A stretch of 64,000 bases of DNA from the human T2T-CHM13v2.0 reference genome, Homo sapiens (GCF_009914755.1 NC_060930.1); one strand, 5' to 3'. Counted from the stretch's first letter, positions 12,190-26,261 are shown. A program made the numbers and translations. The notes: generated by a model from the letters alone, not told the origin.

Positions 12190-13969
12190 CTAGGAAGTGC
12201 AGGAAAAAACAGTCTGCCCATAGACGCTTGGTGGATCTGGGAAAGGGGACAAGAGGCAGAGAAACAAGTGAAAAGTGGGAGCTGAGAGCAGCGCTGGGCT
12301 GGCCACAAACAAGCGAGGCATGGTGACGCCTTCCTGGAGGTGGGGAGTTTTGAGCCAGCTTTCCATGGGCCTAGGGAGACAAGCCGAGCTGGCAGATAGG
12401 GGCTCAGGACACCCCAGGAGTGGCCCTTCCTGTGTGCTGAGCCCTACCCCTGTCCTGGATGGCTCATACACCCACTAACTCATATGGCTGCTGTGCCCTG
12501 CTTGGGAGTCCTTCCTGTCAGCCTCTATTGGGGTGGTGGGTGGGGAGGAGCAGCCATGGAAACCCTGATCCTTCTAGTCATAGTCTGGCTCCCTGGGGCT
12601 GTGAGAGGTGTCCCCAAAGAGAAGCCTCCAATTGACAAACCTCTGCTCCACCCCACCCCACATACACAGAGGATGGCCCAAGCCCAGGTCCCTGGCATGG
12701 TGGGGCAGGGGCCTGAGTCACAGCCTGGCGTGACCCTGCCCAGTCCCCAGGAATGGCCAGCTCGTCCAGAGGTGAGACCCAGGTCAACAATCCATCAGTC
12801 TGCCTCCTGCCACCAGGTATCCTCCCCATCACGTCCTACACGTGGGGTGGGCCAGGACAGTGCTGGGCAGAGCTAGTGTTGGGCCTGTGCCTGGGGGCCA
12901 CCAAGGGGGCCCGGAGAAAAGAATGGAGGGGTTTTCACTTCCTGAGCAGCAGGAGGAGCCAGCTGGGGTTAAAGACAGGAGGGACTGGTTGGGCCTACAG
13001 GCATTTGGAGTCTCTCCCTGCCTGCTGGGTGAGGGAGGCAGCAGGTGCCAAGAACTGCTAGCTTCTAGGACCTGACCCTCAAGTTGCTTCTCCTGCTGAG
13101 GGGCTTCTAGGGTCACCCTCAGGGCCTTGACATCTGCACACATCTGCACAGGCCCTTCACCAGGGACTTACCTCCAAAGGCAGCTCCTGCTCCCAGCCTT
13201 CACAGGCCCCCCTAGGGCCCAAGTCCCCAGACCCAACCTCAGTCTGCAAGCTGGCCAAGTCAGAGGTCCTGGCTGCCTGGACCACTCCCAAGCAGTAAAT
13301 GGCACTGTGGGCTTCCTCCATCCTGTCTTCCCCGCCCCACTTCATTGATTCACTGACTTCCAACTTACTGGCCAGGCCCCCTTCCAGACCCTGCCTGGAT
13401 GAAGAGGACTCCCAGAAGCAGTGATTGAAGGCCTAGGAGGATACAGAGAGCCAGGTGCTTTAATTGGAGGTAATTAGTTAATTTACTCTGAAAGCAATGG
13501 GGCAGGGCGGGGACAGGGGGAGGAGAGGGGAGGGGAGGAGGTAGGGGGCTGTGACCTAACTGGGCTCAAACTCTCAAACTCTGGTCAGCCTCCTTCTGGA
13601 CCACAGCAAACCTGTGTGTACCCACCCACTTAGGAGACCCTCTCCTGGGCCCCAGGTCAGAGCAAGACCCAAAGTGGACTAGGGTGGCTCTGCAGAAAAA
13701 GCAGGTGCCCTGGGGTGGTGGGAACAGGCCTTTTGAGGTTAGGGAGGTGTGGACTGGCATGAGGGAATTGGAGAGGTGCAAGGAGCTCTGGGATGGGAAC
13801 TGGTCCCTCTCCTGTCACGTATAATTCCATCCCTCCCAAGGTCATTGCTGTCACCCAAGTTAGGGGCCCAGCCCCCTCCTTTGGTCAGTGAAGTCCCAGG
13901 GCAGCCCATTTTAAATACAACGGGGCCTGAAGGCTAACTTCTGGCCTTCCTGCTTCGGGAAATCATTCC

Positions 13970-14280
13970 AATAACCGGGAAAAAAGGGGGCCCGAGGACA
14001 GAGCCCCTGCCGGGCCCCAGGGGGAGTGTCGTCGGCTCCTTTGCGTCGCCGGCCGGCGGCGTGGCGGGGACTCTGGCCGGCAGCCTCCCGCGCCGTCCGG
14101 AGCAGCTGACCCGCTGGCGGTGGGCCAGGTCGCGGCGGGGCCTGGAGGCAGCAACGTGCGGCGCGGCATGTCGCGGGCGCCGCGGCAGGGAAATGTGGGG
14201 GCGGGCCGGCGCGCCCCCTCCCCCCCGCCTACGCTGGCCCATTCATAAAACCTGCAGGCGCTGCCCGGCCTGGCAGCCTT
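13970..14280. promoter_or_regulatory. Second CpG island
   Basis: Very high CpG and GC content, with a GC-box ggggcggg near 14197. Confidence 0.8.
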
Positions 14281-14291
14281 GGTCTCCTAAT

Positions 14292-14327
14292 TGCAAACTC
14301 ATTAAGGAGTTTGCATCTCATTTGCAT
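14292..14327. promoter_or_regulatory. POU octamer cluster with inverted repeat
   Basis: ATTTGCAT 14320-14327, GTTTGCAT 14309-14316, inverted repeat TGCAAACTC-n6-GAGTTTGCA. Confidence 0.45.
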
Positions 14328-17300
14328 GGAAATCATTTCCTGGCCCTAAACAGAGAAACTTCCCGCCCCTCCACCAGCCCCTCTCTGCCCTGCTTTACCC
14401 ATGCACAGTCTGGGAGAGGAGAGGGGGCATATCTCTGACCTGCGCCCCTTCCCTGGCCTCACCACCACCCTCCCACTTTAGGAGTTGGGGAAGGGATTGG
14501 CAGAACACCCACCCAGCCAGGAGCCCTGCCTGTGCCCCAGGTGAGCCGGCCCTGCCCTAGTGGGTCCAACTGAGGGGAGGTGCCTGCCAAGTCATTTGCC
14601 CCCCGGCCTGGCCGTGCCCAGGGAAGGGAGGAGGCGGTCGGCAGTTGGCCCCAGCAGCTGGTTGTACCTGGCAGGAGGTGGGTGAGGCTTTTCGTGCCCA
14701 GCCTCACGTACGTGCCCTGCCATAGGCCGTGCCCCCACCCCCACACCCCTCACCCCACAGAACAAGCGCCTAGTGACTGCAGAAACAGACACCCAGTCAT
14801 GGCACACAAAGGCACCCACACCAGGCCAGCCATCATGGCTGCCCCCCTGGCAGCCACCCTGGAGGGCAGACAGATGCCTTCACAAGCCATTTTGTCTTTC
14901 TCCAGCTTGGTGCCAGGACTGGGGGTGGGGGAAAGGGTTTCTCCTGAGACTTCTCTGAGTAAGGGGGCCCACAGAGGGGTTTCCTTATGTACCCCAGCTG
15001 TGGCCTCTTGCCCCCTCTCTCCTGTAACCCATGTTTACAGAGGCCTCCAAGTGCTCTACCCTGCATGGGGACCTGCCCAGGCGAGGGGGTCACAGGAGCC
15101 TCCAACCCAGGAGGGGAAGTGAGAGATAAAGCCCCTAAGGAAGGGACACCTAAGTGCCTCCCCAACCAGGGTCTGTCCTTCGTGTCCCAAGTGTGTGTAG
15201 TGGAGGGAGTGCTCCCCAGTTTCCTGGGGGTTGAGGTGGGGCGGTATTCTAAACCTTTGGAAATGGAATAGAACTACCTAAAGTATATGAAATTAGATAC
15301 TACTTGGGACACTATGTCTTGGTTCTGTATGTCCTGGGACAGTGTAAAAAGTGATCACAAAATTTTCAACATCACAGTCTAAAATAAAAACCTGCCTCTT
15401 GTCTGCCTCCTCAGACATAAACCTGCTTACGCTTCCCATCTGCCCACACTCCCACCTGCTGTATCTGAAGTTTCTCCCTTCCTTTGCTAGGGCATAAAGG
15501 GGTGGGCAAGGATGTTCTGGAACACTGACCACACATCCGTCCTGAGTATGGCTGGACTGACCCTACCCTCCCAGCTCCTGGAGCAGTTGGGTTCCAAGTG
15601 CCATATGTGTGCGTGGTTCAGGGGTACTGGAAGAAAGTTTTAGAATGCCTATTTATTTTTCATCGAATCCTTTTTTCATTTAGTGTGAGTGTGTTTTACA
15701 AGGTAAACTATATAAAAACATACTCATCTGACGGGTGCGTACTCAACAATCTTTTTTATTGCTAAGGGCACATGATCAAAAAAACTTCGGAGGTCACTGG
15801 CCTAGACTTCAGGTGGGGCAGCTGTGGGCAGGGGATGGCTTGTCTTGTCCATCTAAGTATCCAGCCTGACACATGACTAGTTCAGAGCCTGGCAGGGAGC
15901 AGAGGTCAGGGACACAGTATTGAATGAATGAAGTCCACCCCTAGAACTGACAGATGAGGAAACTGAAATAATTCTGGGGCGGGGAGATTGCTCAGAGGAG
16001 GACATGGGCAGGTTGAGAGAGTCTCCCCTCATTGCTGCTATGTCTGCAGCCTGCCCGTGTCCAACACCCAGCACCCACACAAACCTTACTTCTACCCACC
16101 CCAGGGAGCACAGCTCCCTCCTCTGCCTACCGGCAGAGTGGCCACCTGTCTTGAGCTTCTTACTGGATCCTGATTAGCAGAGCCAGACAGGGTTGTCACC
16201 TGCCATATCCCTCTACGTGGCAGAAAGTCTGTTGCCAGCTTTGTATCCTAGAACTCTCTGGAAGTCAATCTGGTGTAGGAGAAAGAATTTAGGCTCCAGA
16301 CAGGCGTCAGTCCTCATCCAGCTTGGTGACCTTGGGCACAACACATAACTGGTATAAGCCTCAGTTTCCCAATCTGTATCTTGGGACCAATATTTGTACT
16401 TACTGTACAGAGTTGTTGTGAATGTTGAGTAGCCCACTGTGTGTGTAGGCTCTGGCATATACTAGGTGTTCAGTAAGATTCCTGTCCCTCTGTGTGCAGC
16501 AGGTGCCCCATGAAGAATCTGTTGAATTGTGATTTGACATCAGCATGGGAAGGAGAATTCCGAAGGCAGACAAATGAGCCTTTGCTCCCTCCTCTGCCTG
16601 CTGGCACGGTGCCCACCAGTCTGAGTTCTGTCCTGCACCTTCCTGCAGAAATGAAGCAGCCACTCTGGCAGCCTTGGGTCCCCTCCAGGCTCATCCACTC
16701 TGTGGTGGGGTGTCCTCCTCCTTTTCTCCCTTACAGCTCCTTTCCCTTTTTCTGTGCTGCCTTCACTTCAAGCATGAGCTGAGGGTGACTCCTGGTGGCC
16801 ATTCATATAACTGCAGAATCCTGACCATTGTCACCGCCACCTGGAAGTGCATGAAGTCGAGTGTGCAAGGAAGCCATTCTTCACACTTTCCCTACACCTC
16901 CCAACTCCCTGTCAGGGCCCTGGGGAGCCTCAGGGGTGGCCACTCCCCGGGGACTCCACCCTCCGAAGTTCCACCTCTAAGGGCTTCACTTGCCTGATGG
17001 GTGGGGACGATCAAGGAGGCCTCTGCCCAGATCCTGCAGCACCAGGCCTGCCCCAGGCAAAAAGCAGGACAGTGGCTACTCTTCCCTCAAGTGCCACTGA
17101 ACACTTTGCAGGCATCATTTTGTCCAATTCTTATCACTGGAGCCCATTATCACAAAGAAGAAACCAAGGTTAAGCAACTTGCCAAGGGTCACACAGCTCC
17201 TCAGTGCCCAAATGGTGAAATGAATACAGGTGACACTCAGTGGGACACCAGACCAGCCCCTGGGGGACAGAAGAGGCCTATAGGAAGGAGCCTGCCATGG

Positions 17301-17419
17301 GGTTAGAAGCCTCAGATTCTGACCCGACCTTGCCCCAACTAGTGGGGTGGCCTCCATCAAGGGCCTCTGCTCACTGAGCCTCAGCCTCCTCGATGGCATC
17401 ATGGGGCGGAGGACAGAGC

Positions 17420-17590
17420 AGGATTCTCAGATTGGCTGTACATGGGAATCACTGGGAGGATTTTTCAAATACCCATGTTTGCCCAGCCCTGACTAAGGAA
17501 ATCAAAATTGGTAGGGGTTGGCTAAGACAAAGGTAATTTTAAGAAAATATTTCTAGGTGATTCTATAGGCAGCCAGGGTTGAGAATGGGT
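17420..17590. mobile_element. MER5-like DNA transposon
   Basis: ttctcagattggctgtacatgggaatcac...ggtgattct...gcagccagggttgagaa. Confidence 0.55.
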
Positions 17591-17681
17591 CCTCTAGGAG
17601 TTCCCCATCTTCAGACTTCCCAGCCCTCTAGAGGTCAGCTCCCCAGGGCTCCCCTCTGTCCTAAGGGCTCTCCAGATAAAC

Positions 17682-17980
17682 TTTTTTTTTTTTTTGAGAC
17701 GGAGTCTCGCTCTGTTGCCCAGGCTGGAGTGCAGTAGCGCAATCTCAGCTCACTGCAAGCTCCGCCTCCCGGGTTCACGCCATTCTCCTCCCTCAGCCTC
17801 CTGAGTAGCTGAGACTACAGGTGCCTGCCACCACACGTGGCTAATTTTTTTTGTTTTTTTTTAGTAGAGGCGGGGTCTCACCGTGTTAGCCAGGATGGTC
17901 TCAATCTCTTGACCTCATGATCCGCCTGCCTCAGCCTTCCAAAGTGCTGGGATTACAGGCGTGAGCCACCGCACCCGGCC
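17682..17980 (-). mobile_element. AluY-like, full length
   Basis: gcaagctccgcctcccgggttcacgccattc and gttagccaggatggtc diagnostics; TSD caga(t/g)aaact. Confidence 0.95.
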
Positions 17981-19549
17981 CAGAGAAACTATCTTAGCTT
18001 GTCTACCCAGACCCACAAGAAGCTGCCTCCCAACCACCCAAGGGGACACAGGCCCATCAACCCTTTCCAGAGGGGGCACAGTAGGCTTGAGACTCTTGAG
18101 TCTCTGACCCCCAGCCTGGCCTCTGGGGTGGGGGGAGAGAAAGTCATAGGGAGCTTAACCTCAACAGGATGAAGGCGCCATAATTAGGGTCAGGCGGTTG
18201 GCTCAGCCTGCGGAAATCCCCAGCTTAGTAGGGATGGGGAGTGGCACTGCAGCCTGCGGGAGGGTTCAGGGCAGAAGTGAGGGGGCAGGGGGAGCCCAGG
18301 CACATGGAAACCCAGGACCTAGGCCCCAATTGCATCCTGAGAGGGCCCACTGGGGGCTTCTCAACACAGTTCACTCCCTCCCTGGGGTTGCTGAACCCCA
18401 GGGAGGGAGGGAAAGGCTGACCAGCCCCCCAACCCCAGAGACCCTACTGCTCCCTCAGGCTGGGGTGCATCAGGATCATCCCCCTACCCCAGCCTTTGTC
18501 AGGAGGAGGAGGGCACCGGTGGGAAAAGGCTACGTGAGTGTTCCCAGGGCGACCCAGGCTTTTCTCCTGACTGTAATCCTCAGGCCTTGAGAGAGGGATC
18601 GCTTTCCACTGTGGAATGTAACAAAGGGGACAAAATGGGGCAGGGGAGGGGGGCAGAAGCCAGGGAGGGAAGCTTGCAGGGTGGTACTTTTAGCCCCCAA
18701 AAGGCCCTCCAGGAGGCAGCTGCACAGAGAGAACCCCCCTGCCCCCATGACTCCCTGAGCCTGTCATCCAGCTCACCCCAGGGCACAGGGTCTCATCCTG
18801 GGTTGTCCAGGTGTCCCCCCGCAGACTCCTGCCATGAATCCCAGTGCAGGGGGATTTGGATGATCACCTTTGCCAGCCACTCATTTTGCAGGGGAGGAAA
18901 TATTCCAAGAGATGAAAACTAGCCAAGACCACGCAGCACCAGAACCACTCCCAGAAGCCCCGGCTTCCCCAGAGACTGCTTCAGTGAGCCGGCAAAAACT
19001 GAAGCCTGCAGCCTCAGGAGTTCCCACACACACCTAGGCCAGAATCCCTCTGCCCCGCAGCAGGACACCCCTCCCTCTTGCCCTCCAGGGTCATGGGCTA
19101 GACATGGCAAGGTAAGCAGAAGGCAGATGCATACTAGTCCACACAAGCTTGTGACGGCTGGGACTAGGGGCCAACCTAGTGGCTCCCACGTTGAGAATCA
19201 ACGCCAATTCCAGGAAGCCTTCCCGGCTAACCCCCAAAAAGCTGGCAATACTTCCCTCCCACAACACAGCCTTGGCTCTCGAAGGCTGTCCTCTCCCCCA
19301 GCCTCACTCTGACTCATCATGTAGGTCCCGCATGGGCCTCAGTTCTCCTGGCCATGGGCTCTCCCCATACCTTAACCTGGGAACCGTTGTGGGCAGGACC
19401 ATGTGGGACAAAAAGGTCCTGTGCCCAACCCAGCACCAATCACAGGGAGGCCTGGGGATAAGCAGGGGCTCTTGGAAAGGGGGCAGAACTCAGCTCAAGT
19501 CACAGAACCTGGGAAGGACCTTCAGTGGAAAGCCGCTTCAAATGTCATC

Positions 19550-19701
19550 TGGGATGAGCATGGTGGCTCACACCTGTCGTCTCAACACTTTGGTGAAACT
19601 GAGGCTGGAGGATTGCTCAAGGCCAGGAGTCGAAGACCAGCCTGGGCAACATAGCAAAACCTTGTCTCTCTGTGTATTTTTTTAATATTAAAAAAAAAAA
19701 A
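19550..19701 (+). mobile_element. FLAM/Alu monomer
   Basis: Left-monomer match plus A tail. Confidence 0.8.
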
Positions 19702-21029
19702 TTTAAGGTCATCTGGTCCAGTCCCTCGTGCCTCCCAGTTGGGAGGCACTGAACTTCTCAACACTGCAGAAACAGGCATCTCTTCATATATTTAGTCATT
19801 CAGTCATCCATCCAATGAACCTTGCCCAACTATCTTCTACATCTCCGCAGCCCAGGCAACCCAATCCATTCTCAAGGCACAGACTAAATCCTTACCAAAT
19901 AGAGTCAAGGGTCCATCCATTTCCTCTCCTGGGCCTAACATGGTGCTAAGTGGAAGTAAAAGGTGCTGATCAGCAACGGCCACCCACCTTTATGTTGCAC
20001 GGTGGCATTCTCACCTGGCTTGCACATCACCAGGTGATGTTCATTTCAGACTCAGCCACCATTCCAGACAGGTTGTCCCTCACTGGCAGATGGGAAGCTG
20101 AGGCTGAGCAGGTGAAATGGTCTTGCAGCTGGAAGAAAGGTAGGGCCAGGACTTGGCCCAGGCAGCTAAGCTCCCAGCCCCAGATTCATTTTACACACCC
20201 ACTCCCAGCCCTCCACCAGCTTGGGTTTCATGTGGAAACAGGATTTCCCCCGGGGGAATGAAAATTTGATTTTGGCCCCTAATTATAAAAATAATAACAG
20301 TGAAGATGGATCAGAGGCCTGCTGGTCTCAGTGCTGTGCTGATTTTGCTAAATGCACAGGTGTCAAGTGTTGCCCACAGAACCCCCCACCCCTCCTCGGG
20401 GCCAGGCTCACAATGCCCTTGGCTGGCACAGCTGCACATGCAGACACACACGCACGCACACACATGCATGCATGAGTCCCTGCACGTCCCAGGAGATGTG
20501 TCCCACCCCCTTCATTCCCCTCTGATAACCCAGCAGCTTCCAGCAGGACAGACACGTACCCTTCAGGCTGGCCATGTCAGGCACGTGCCAGACCAGCTGC
20601 CAGGGCCCAGAACCTCAGGCCTGCTGGGCTCTAGAAGGTGACTTTCTCCATAGCTGACCCTGTTCAACCTCAGGAAGGATGATAACTCTCCGGGATGTGA
20701 GGGATGTGAGACCCCACCCAAACCCTCTGCGGAGTCAGTGTCCATGCAAGGTAGGGTTTAATGAGAAGCCTCAGGGAGCCCCCCAGCTTCCTGTGGGCAC
20801 CCAGCCCCTGCTGGAGTCCTGGGGAGAGTGGGCATACTCTGAGGAGATGCAGAGAAACAAGCAGAGGCTGAGGTGGGGCCAGCAGGGCTCCAGCAGGAAA
20901 GGGGGTGAATCTGGGAAGGGTAGAGGTAATAGAGATGCACGGAGAGGGCTTGGCCGAGGAGTGCTAACTGGGTAGTTGGAATTTAAGAAAGAGAAGACCC
21001 GTGTGACCTGGGAAGAGATTAGGAAATGG

Positions 21030-21250
21030 GCTCTAGAGCAGGCAGCACTGGGTTTGGATCCTGGCCCTGCCACTTATAAGCCGGGTGACGTTGGGCAGGT
21101 GGCTTACCCTCTCTGAGCCCCTCCATGTCATCTGCAAAATGGGCATACTAATAGCACCCAGCTCACAGATTGTGAGAAGAAAACGAGGTCCTCGGTGTAA
21201 AATGCTAAGCGTTGTGTCCGGCACACAGAGCCTGCTCAATTCACGGTAGC
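21030..21250 (+). mobile_element. MIR (representative; others near 1080-1225, 9700-9850, 16280-16480, 25200-25450, 29740-29950, 35570-35770, 37300-37500, 38750-38940, 42480-42660, 49885-50110, 55650-55960)
   Basis: Core motifs gtgacgttgggcaggtggctt...ctctctgagcc...catctgcaaaatgggca...aatagcacc...gtaaaatgct...ggcacacag. Confidence 0.75.
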
Positions 21251-22517
21251 TGTTCTTTGGAAAGTACAGAGGCTCTGAGAGAAAACCCTGAGAAGTGAGC
21301 CACAGCCTACCCTGTGGGCTGTTAGAAAGGGGGTCCACATGGGTGAGAGGCAGCAGAGGGGCTGGGGCCAGGGACCAGGGCAGCCTCTGTCCTTGTCACT
21401 CTTGTCTTTGAAGGGTATGACAGGGTGAAGAGGTAAAGACAGCCACTGCTGCCCTGCTGGGGTCTTTCCAGGGAAATTGTGAGGGTCCTGGGGAGCTTTT
21501 CTCCACCCCATGCCTGCATCATTCAGATGAGGGGGCCAAGGGCCACAGAGAAGAGACTTGCCCACGGTAACTCAGAGAGTGAGGATAGAGGTAGGCCTGC
21601 TAAGCCCTAGTCAACTTCCTTTTCCCTGCCCCTGCTCAGAAAGAGAAGCCAGGGGCCAAAGACCTAGAAACCACATTCCCTGGGAATAGAGATGCAAGAC
21701 TCTGCTCCTGTTCCCATCCAAGGCTTTGACTAAGACCTTGCTGAGGCCTGGAGAACTCGCGTGCTTCCTCTAAAGCCCAGACCGAAGACACCTCCTCTGG
21801 AAAGCCTACGCTGACCGGTGATGGCTGTCCTGCCAGATGGCCAAGCTGCATTCTGCCAGGACAGGCTCGTACCCTTCGGGCTGGCCATGTCGGGACGTGC
21901 CAGACCAGCTGCCAGGGCCTGGGGCCTCTTTTGAGGCTTTGACTTGGCCCCCACCCTGGTTCGTGGACCTGTTATTTCCCCATGCTGAGCTTCAAGGTTC
22001 TGAGGCCAGAGACAGGGTCCTAGTCAAGTTTGAGGCCTCAGATCCAACACCATGACCCAGCCCAGTGCTTTTGTGCGTGGAATGAAGGAATCCTGACCAT
22101 GCTGGGCTGAGACCTGCCAGGGCAAGGGCCCCAGGAGTAGGCACAGGGCCCTGGGGCATAGCCATCCTGCCCTGGCCTATCCCTGCCCCATGCCTGAGCC
22201 CTATGCTAAGAGCAAGTTCCTGTTGCAAGCTGTACCCTGTCCCAGACACGTGGCATTTACCAAAAGGGCAGAGACAGTGAGAAGGGCCTCCCCTGTGCCA
22301 TCCACTCACAAAGGGGCTGGAAAGGCCAGCAAGAAGGAGAGGAGTCATATTTCAAAGGGCTCTGAAGATGTCACAATGACGGCAATGCTCACCACCTCAA
22401 ACCGCCCAAGGAGCCATATCCAGACTAGACAATATAAGAAACAGCTGCAGAGCAGCCAGAGGACAGCAACCCTACCCCAGAAATGGACATGAGAGATAAA
22501 CAGACAATTAAACAATT

Positions 22518-22768
22518 GAGGCCAGGAGTTCGAGACCAGACTGGGCAACATAGTGAGAATCTGCCTCTTTAAAAAAATGTTAAAATTAGCTGGGCAAGGT
22601 AGGGTAGTGTGTGCCTATAGTCCTAACTACTGAGGAGACTGAGGTGGGAGGATCACTTGAGCAGAAGTTGAAGGCTACAGTGAGCTATGATCACACCATA
22701 GCACTCCAGCCTGGGTGACAGAGTGAGATCCTGTCTCAAAAAAAAAAAAAAAAAAAAGAAAAGAAAAG
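22518..22768 (+). mobile_element. 5'-truncated AluJ-like element
   Basis: Alu match with poly(A). Confidence 0.9.
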
Positions 22769-22987
22769 ATGCTGAAAATCATTATACATCACTCTACCTC
22801 TAGTAGATGGGAAAAATTCGAAAGCTGGATAAAGCCCAGCATTGGTGGGGATGTGAGTGACAGCCCCATCCCCACAGGGCATGTACTAGGGGAATTTGGC
22901 AGCTCATTCATAGAGTGGGTGGACAGGAAAATGTGTGGCTGCACATCATAGGGTTCCATGTAGCAGTTGGAAGCAACAAGGCTAGAT

Positions 22988-23178
<191 letters not shown>

Positions 23179-23735
23179 TGAGATCTATAACACAATGACA
23201 TTTATCAAAGTAAAAAGAAAAATACGTGCTTACAAAAGAGTAATGCCCACCTGCAGGAACCATACAAACAAAGGCATCAAAGACAGTAAAATGGGGAAAC
23301 AAAAGAAGGGTGTGAGGAAGGGAGGAAAGGAATAAACACCAAACGAGAAAGGTCAGTGATGCCAGTGAGCCTGCCATGGCCTGAGTAACACTAGCCACAC
23401 CCCCGGTCCACAATGAGGACCACATCTGAGGTCCACAGGGAGGAACAGTCCCCAAGGTCCTCAGCGCAGGCTCAGGTGGAGCCAGGAGCCGCTTCCATGA
23501 GGGTCAGATCTGGGCCTAACCTCAGAGCTTGCCCCTCCCCGCACCCTCCACAGCAGAGGAGGCTCTTGGCCAAAGTCAAGCTGCTGTACACGCAGGGTCG
23601 CACCCACCTTGGGCCCCTTTTATGCCCTGGAAGTGGAAGAGGACAGACCTCAAACTAGAGCAGTGATTCTGCCCTGAGCTGGGTGCCAGGAGAAAATGGG
23701 AAGCAAGTCCTCACTCTTACAAAAGTTCCTGGGAG

Positions 23736-24038
<303 letters not shown>

Positions 24039-25699
24039 TCCTGGAATTCAGGTAATTTTTTTTTTCTTTAAGGAGAGTCTTTATCTTTAGACACACATTT
24101 AGAAAAATCTGTGAAATGATATAATGTTATAAATGTGCTTCAAAATCTAGGTGTGGTGGCAGGGGAGAGGGGGCAAGCAGGTGGATGAAACCAGCTTGGT
24201 GATAAATTGATAGCTGCTGAGTCTGGGAATGAGTGCGTGGGGTTCATTATACCTTATTCTCTATTTGTGCATGTGTTTCAGAGTTTCCATAATAAAAACT
24301 TCAAAAAGAAAAACTTCCCAGTAAGAAACTCTCCCATGTGAGGGGACTAGCCCCTGACCTCAGGGAACCCCACCCAGTCTGCCAGGGGACACACAACCCC
24401 TGCCCTGCATCTTCTTAGCCTGCCTCGGCTGGCCAGGGGCCGCATTGTAGGACACAGCCATGGGGGTCCTGACAAATGCTCAGCCTCGGACCTGGCCTTA
24501 TCACTGAAGCCAAGGGTCAGGCACTGGAGCCACATCTGAGCAGACCTGGTTCTGGTTCCAGCTCCACCTTGCACGTAGCCTGAGGCACCTCACCTGAACC
24601 ACACCTGCCTGGATCCAAGTCCTGGGTCATTATCAGTGAGAAAGTCCTCCTGCTCTTACTGTGGCTGCTCCTCTCACTGCCTCTGCCTCCACGTCTGTAT
24701 GATGAGGACTGGAATCACCAGGCAAGTTTGCAAATTAAATGAGGCAATGCTCAGTGTGCACTCAGACAGAGCTGCCAGGACCAGGGGAGGGAGCTGGCCA
24801 GGGTCATACAGCCAGCTAGTGGCAAAACTGGGTTCTTCACGGGAGCAGGGCACCGTGCCAGCTGCCACTCCCATCCCCCACCATGAGGCCTTCAGGCCAG
24901 TGGACAGCATGTCTTCTTTCAGAGTCTGAGGCCGTGTCCCTGAGACCCTGCCCTCCAGCCCCAACTCCCATTCCAGGAGCCTCTGACTCAGGAGAGCACC
25001 AGGAAGCCTGCGTGGGCCAGATGCAAGCCAGGAAGGACAGGGCTGGGGAAGGAGGAGGCAGAAGCCTCTATCCTGCCCTCCCGGAACACAGAGGTATCCA
25101 GGTACATCAGTCTGGGAGGGTGCACCCAGACTCAGGGACTCTACCAGGAGACTGCTGGGTGACTCCTAAGTCAGGAGTCTTAGCCTTGCCTGGCCTTTCC
25201 TTTAATTAACAATAATAATAGTCAACATTTGTATACCTCCTACTGTGTACAAGGCAGTGTTCTGCTTTAGGTGTATTATCTCATTTAATTCTCACAACAA
25301 CCCTAAGAGGCCAATGCTATTATTGTCTTCATTTTACAGATGGGGAAACCTAGGCAAAGAGAGGGTAAGTAACTTTCCCAAAGTCACTCAGCTTGCACAC
25401 AGCAGAGCTAGGATTTGGCCCCAGCCAGCCTGCCTTGAGTGTGTGCTCTTACCCACCCCAGCGCACTCTCAGACAGCATGGCCTGGCTTTTCCTGAGCCA
25501 GCGCTTCTGATTCCCCCTGGGGTATAACAGCTGATACCCTGTTTATACCACAACACCTGGGATGGGAGCTTCACCCAGGGGTGGCAGTGCTAGTACCCGG
25601 GCAGCACTCCCACCTTGTCTCTTACTCGGGAAAGCAGAGCAGAAGGTAAGCGGGAATAACGCTATCAGAGGGATGGGTTTTTAACTCATTATTTTCTCT

Positions 25700-26005
25700 T
25701 CTTCTTTTTTGTTGTTGTTGTTGAGATAGGGTGTCACTCCCATCACCCAGGCTGGAGTGCAATGCCACAATCTTGGCTTACTGCAACCTCCGACTCCTGG
25801 GATCAAGTGGTTCTCCTGCCTCAGCCTTCTGAGTAGCTGGGACTACAGGTGCATGCCACTGCACCTGGCTAATTTTTGTATTTTTTGTAGAGATGGGGTT
25901 TCTCCATGTTGCTCAGGCTGGTCTCAAACTCCTGGCCTCAAGCAATCCGCCTGCCTCTGCCTCCCAAAGTGCTGGGATTACAGGCATGAGCCACCGTGCC
26001 CAGCC
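25700..26005 (-). mobile_element. Alu
   Basis: Alu consensus match. Confidence 0.92.
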
Positions 26006-26049
26006 TCCTTCTTCATTTAAATCACTCATAAAAAGTTAACCAAGATCTG

Positions 26050-26261
<212 letters not shown>

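Noticed and set aside
12484-12876. 130-aa ATG ORF with a signal-peptide-like stretch (METLILLVIVWLPGAVRG)
   Set aside because: No recognisable homology or exon support. Ribo-seq and PhyloCSF would be needed before calling it a micropeptide.
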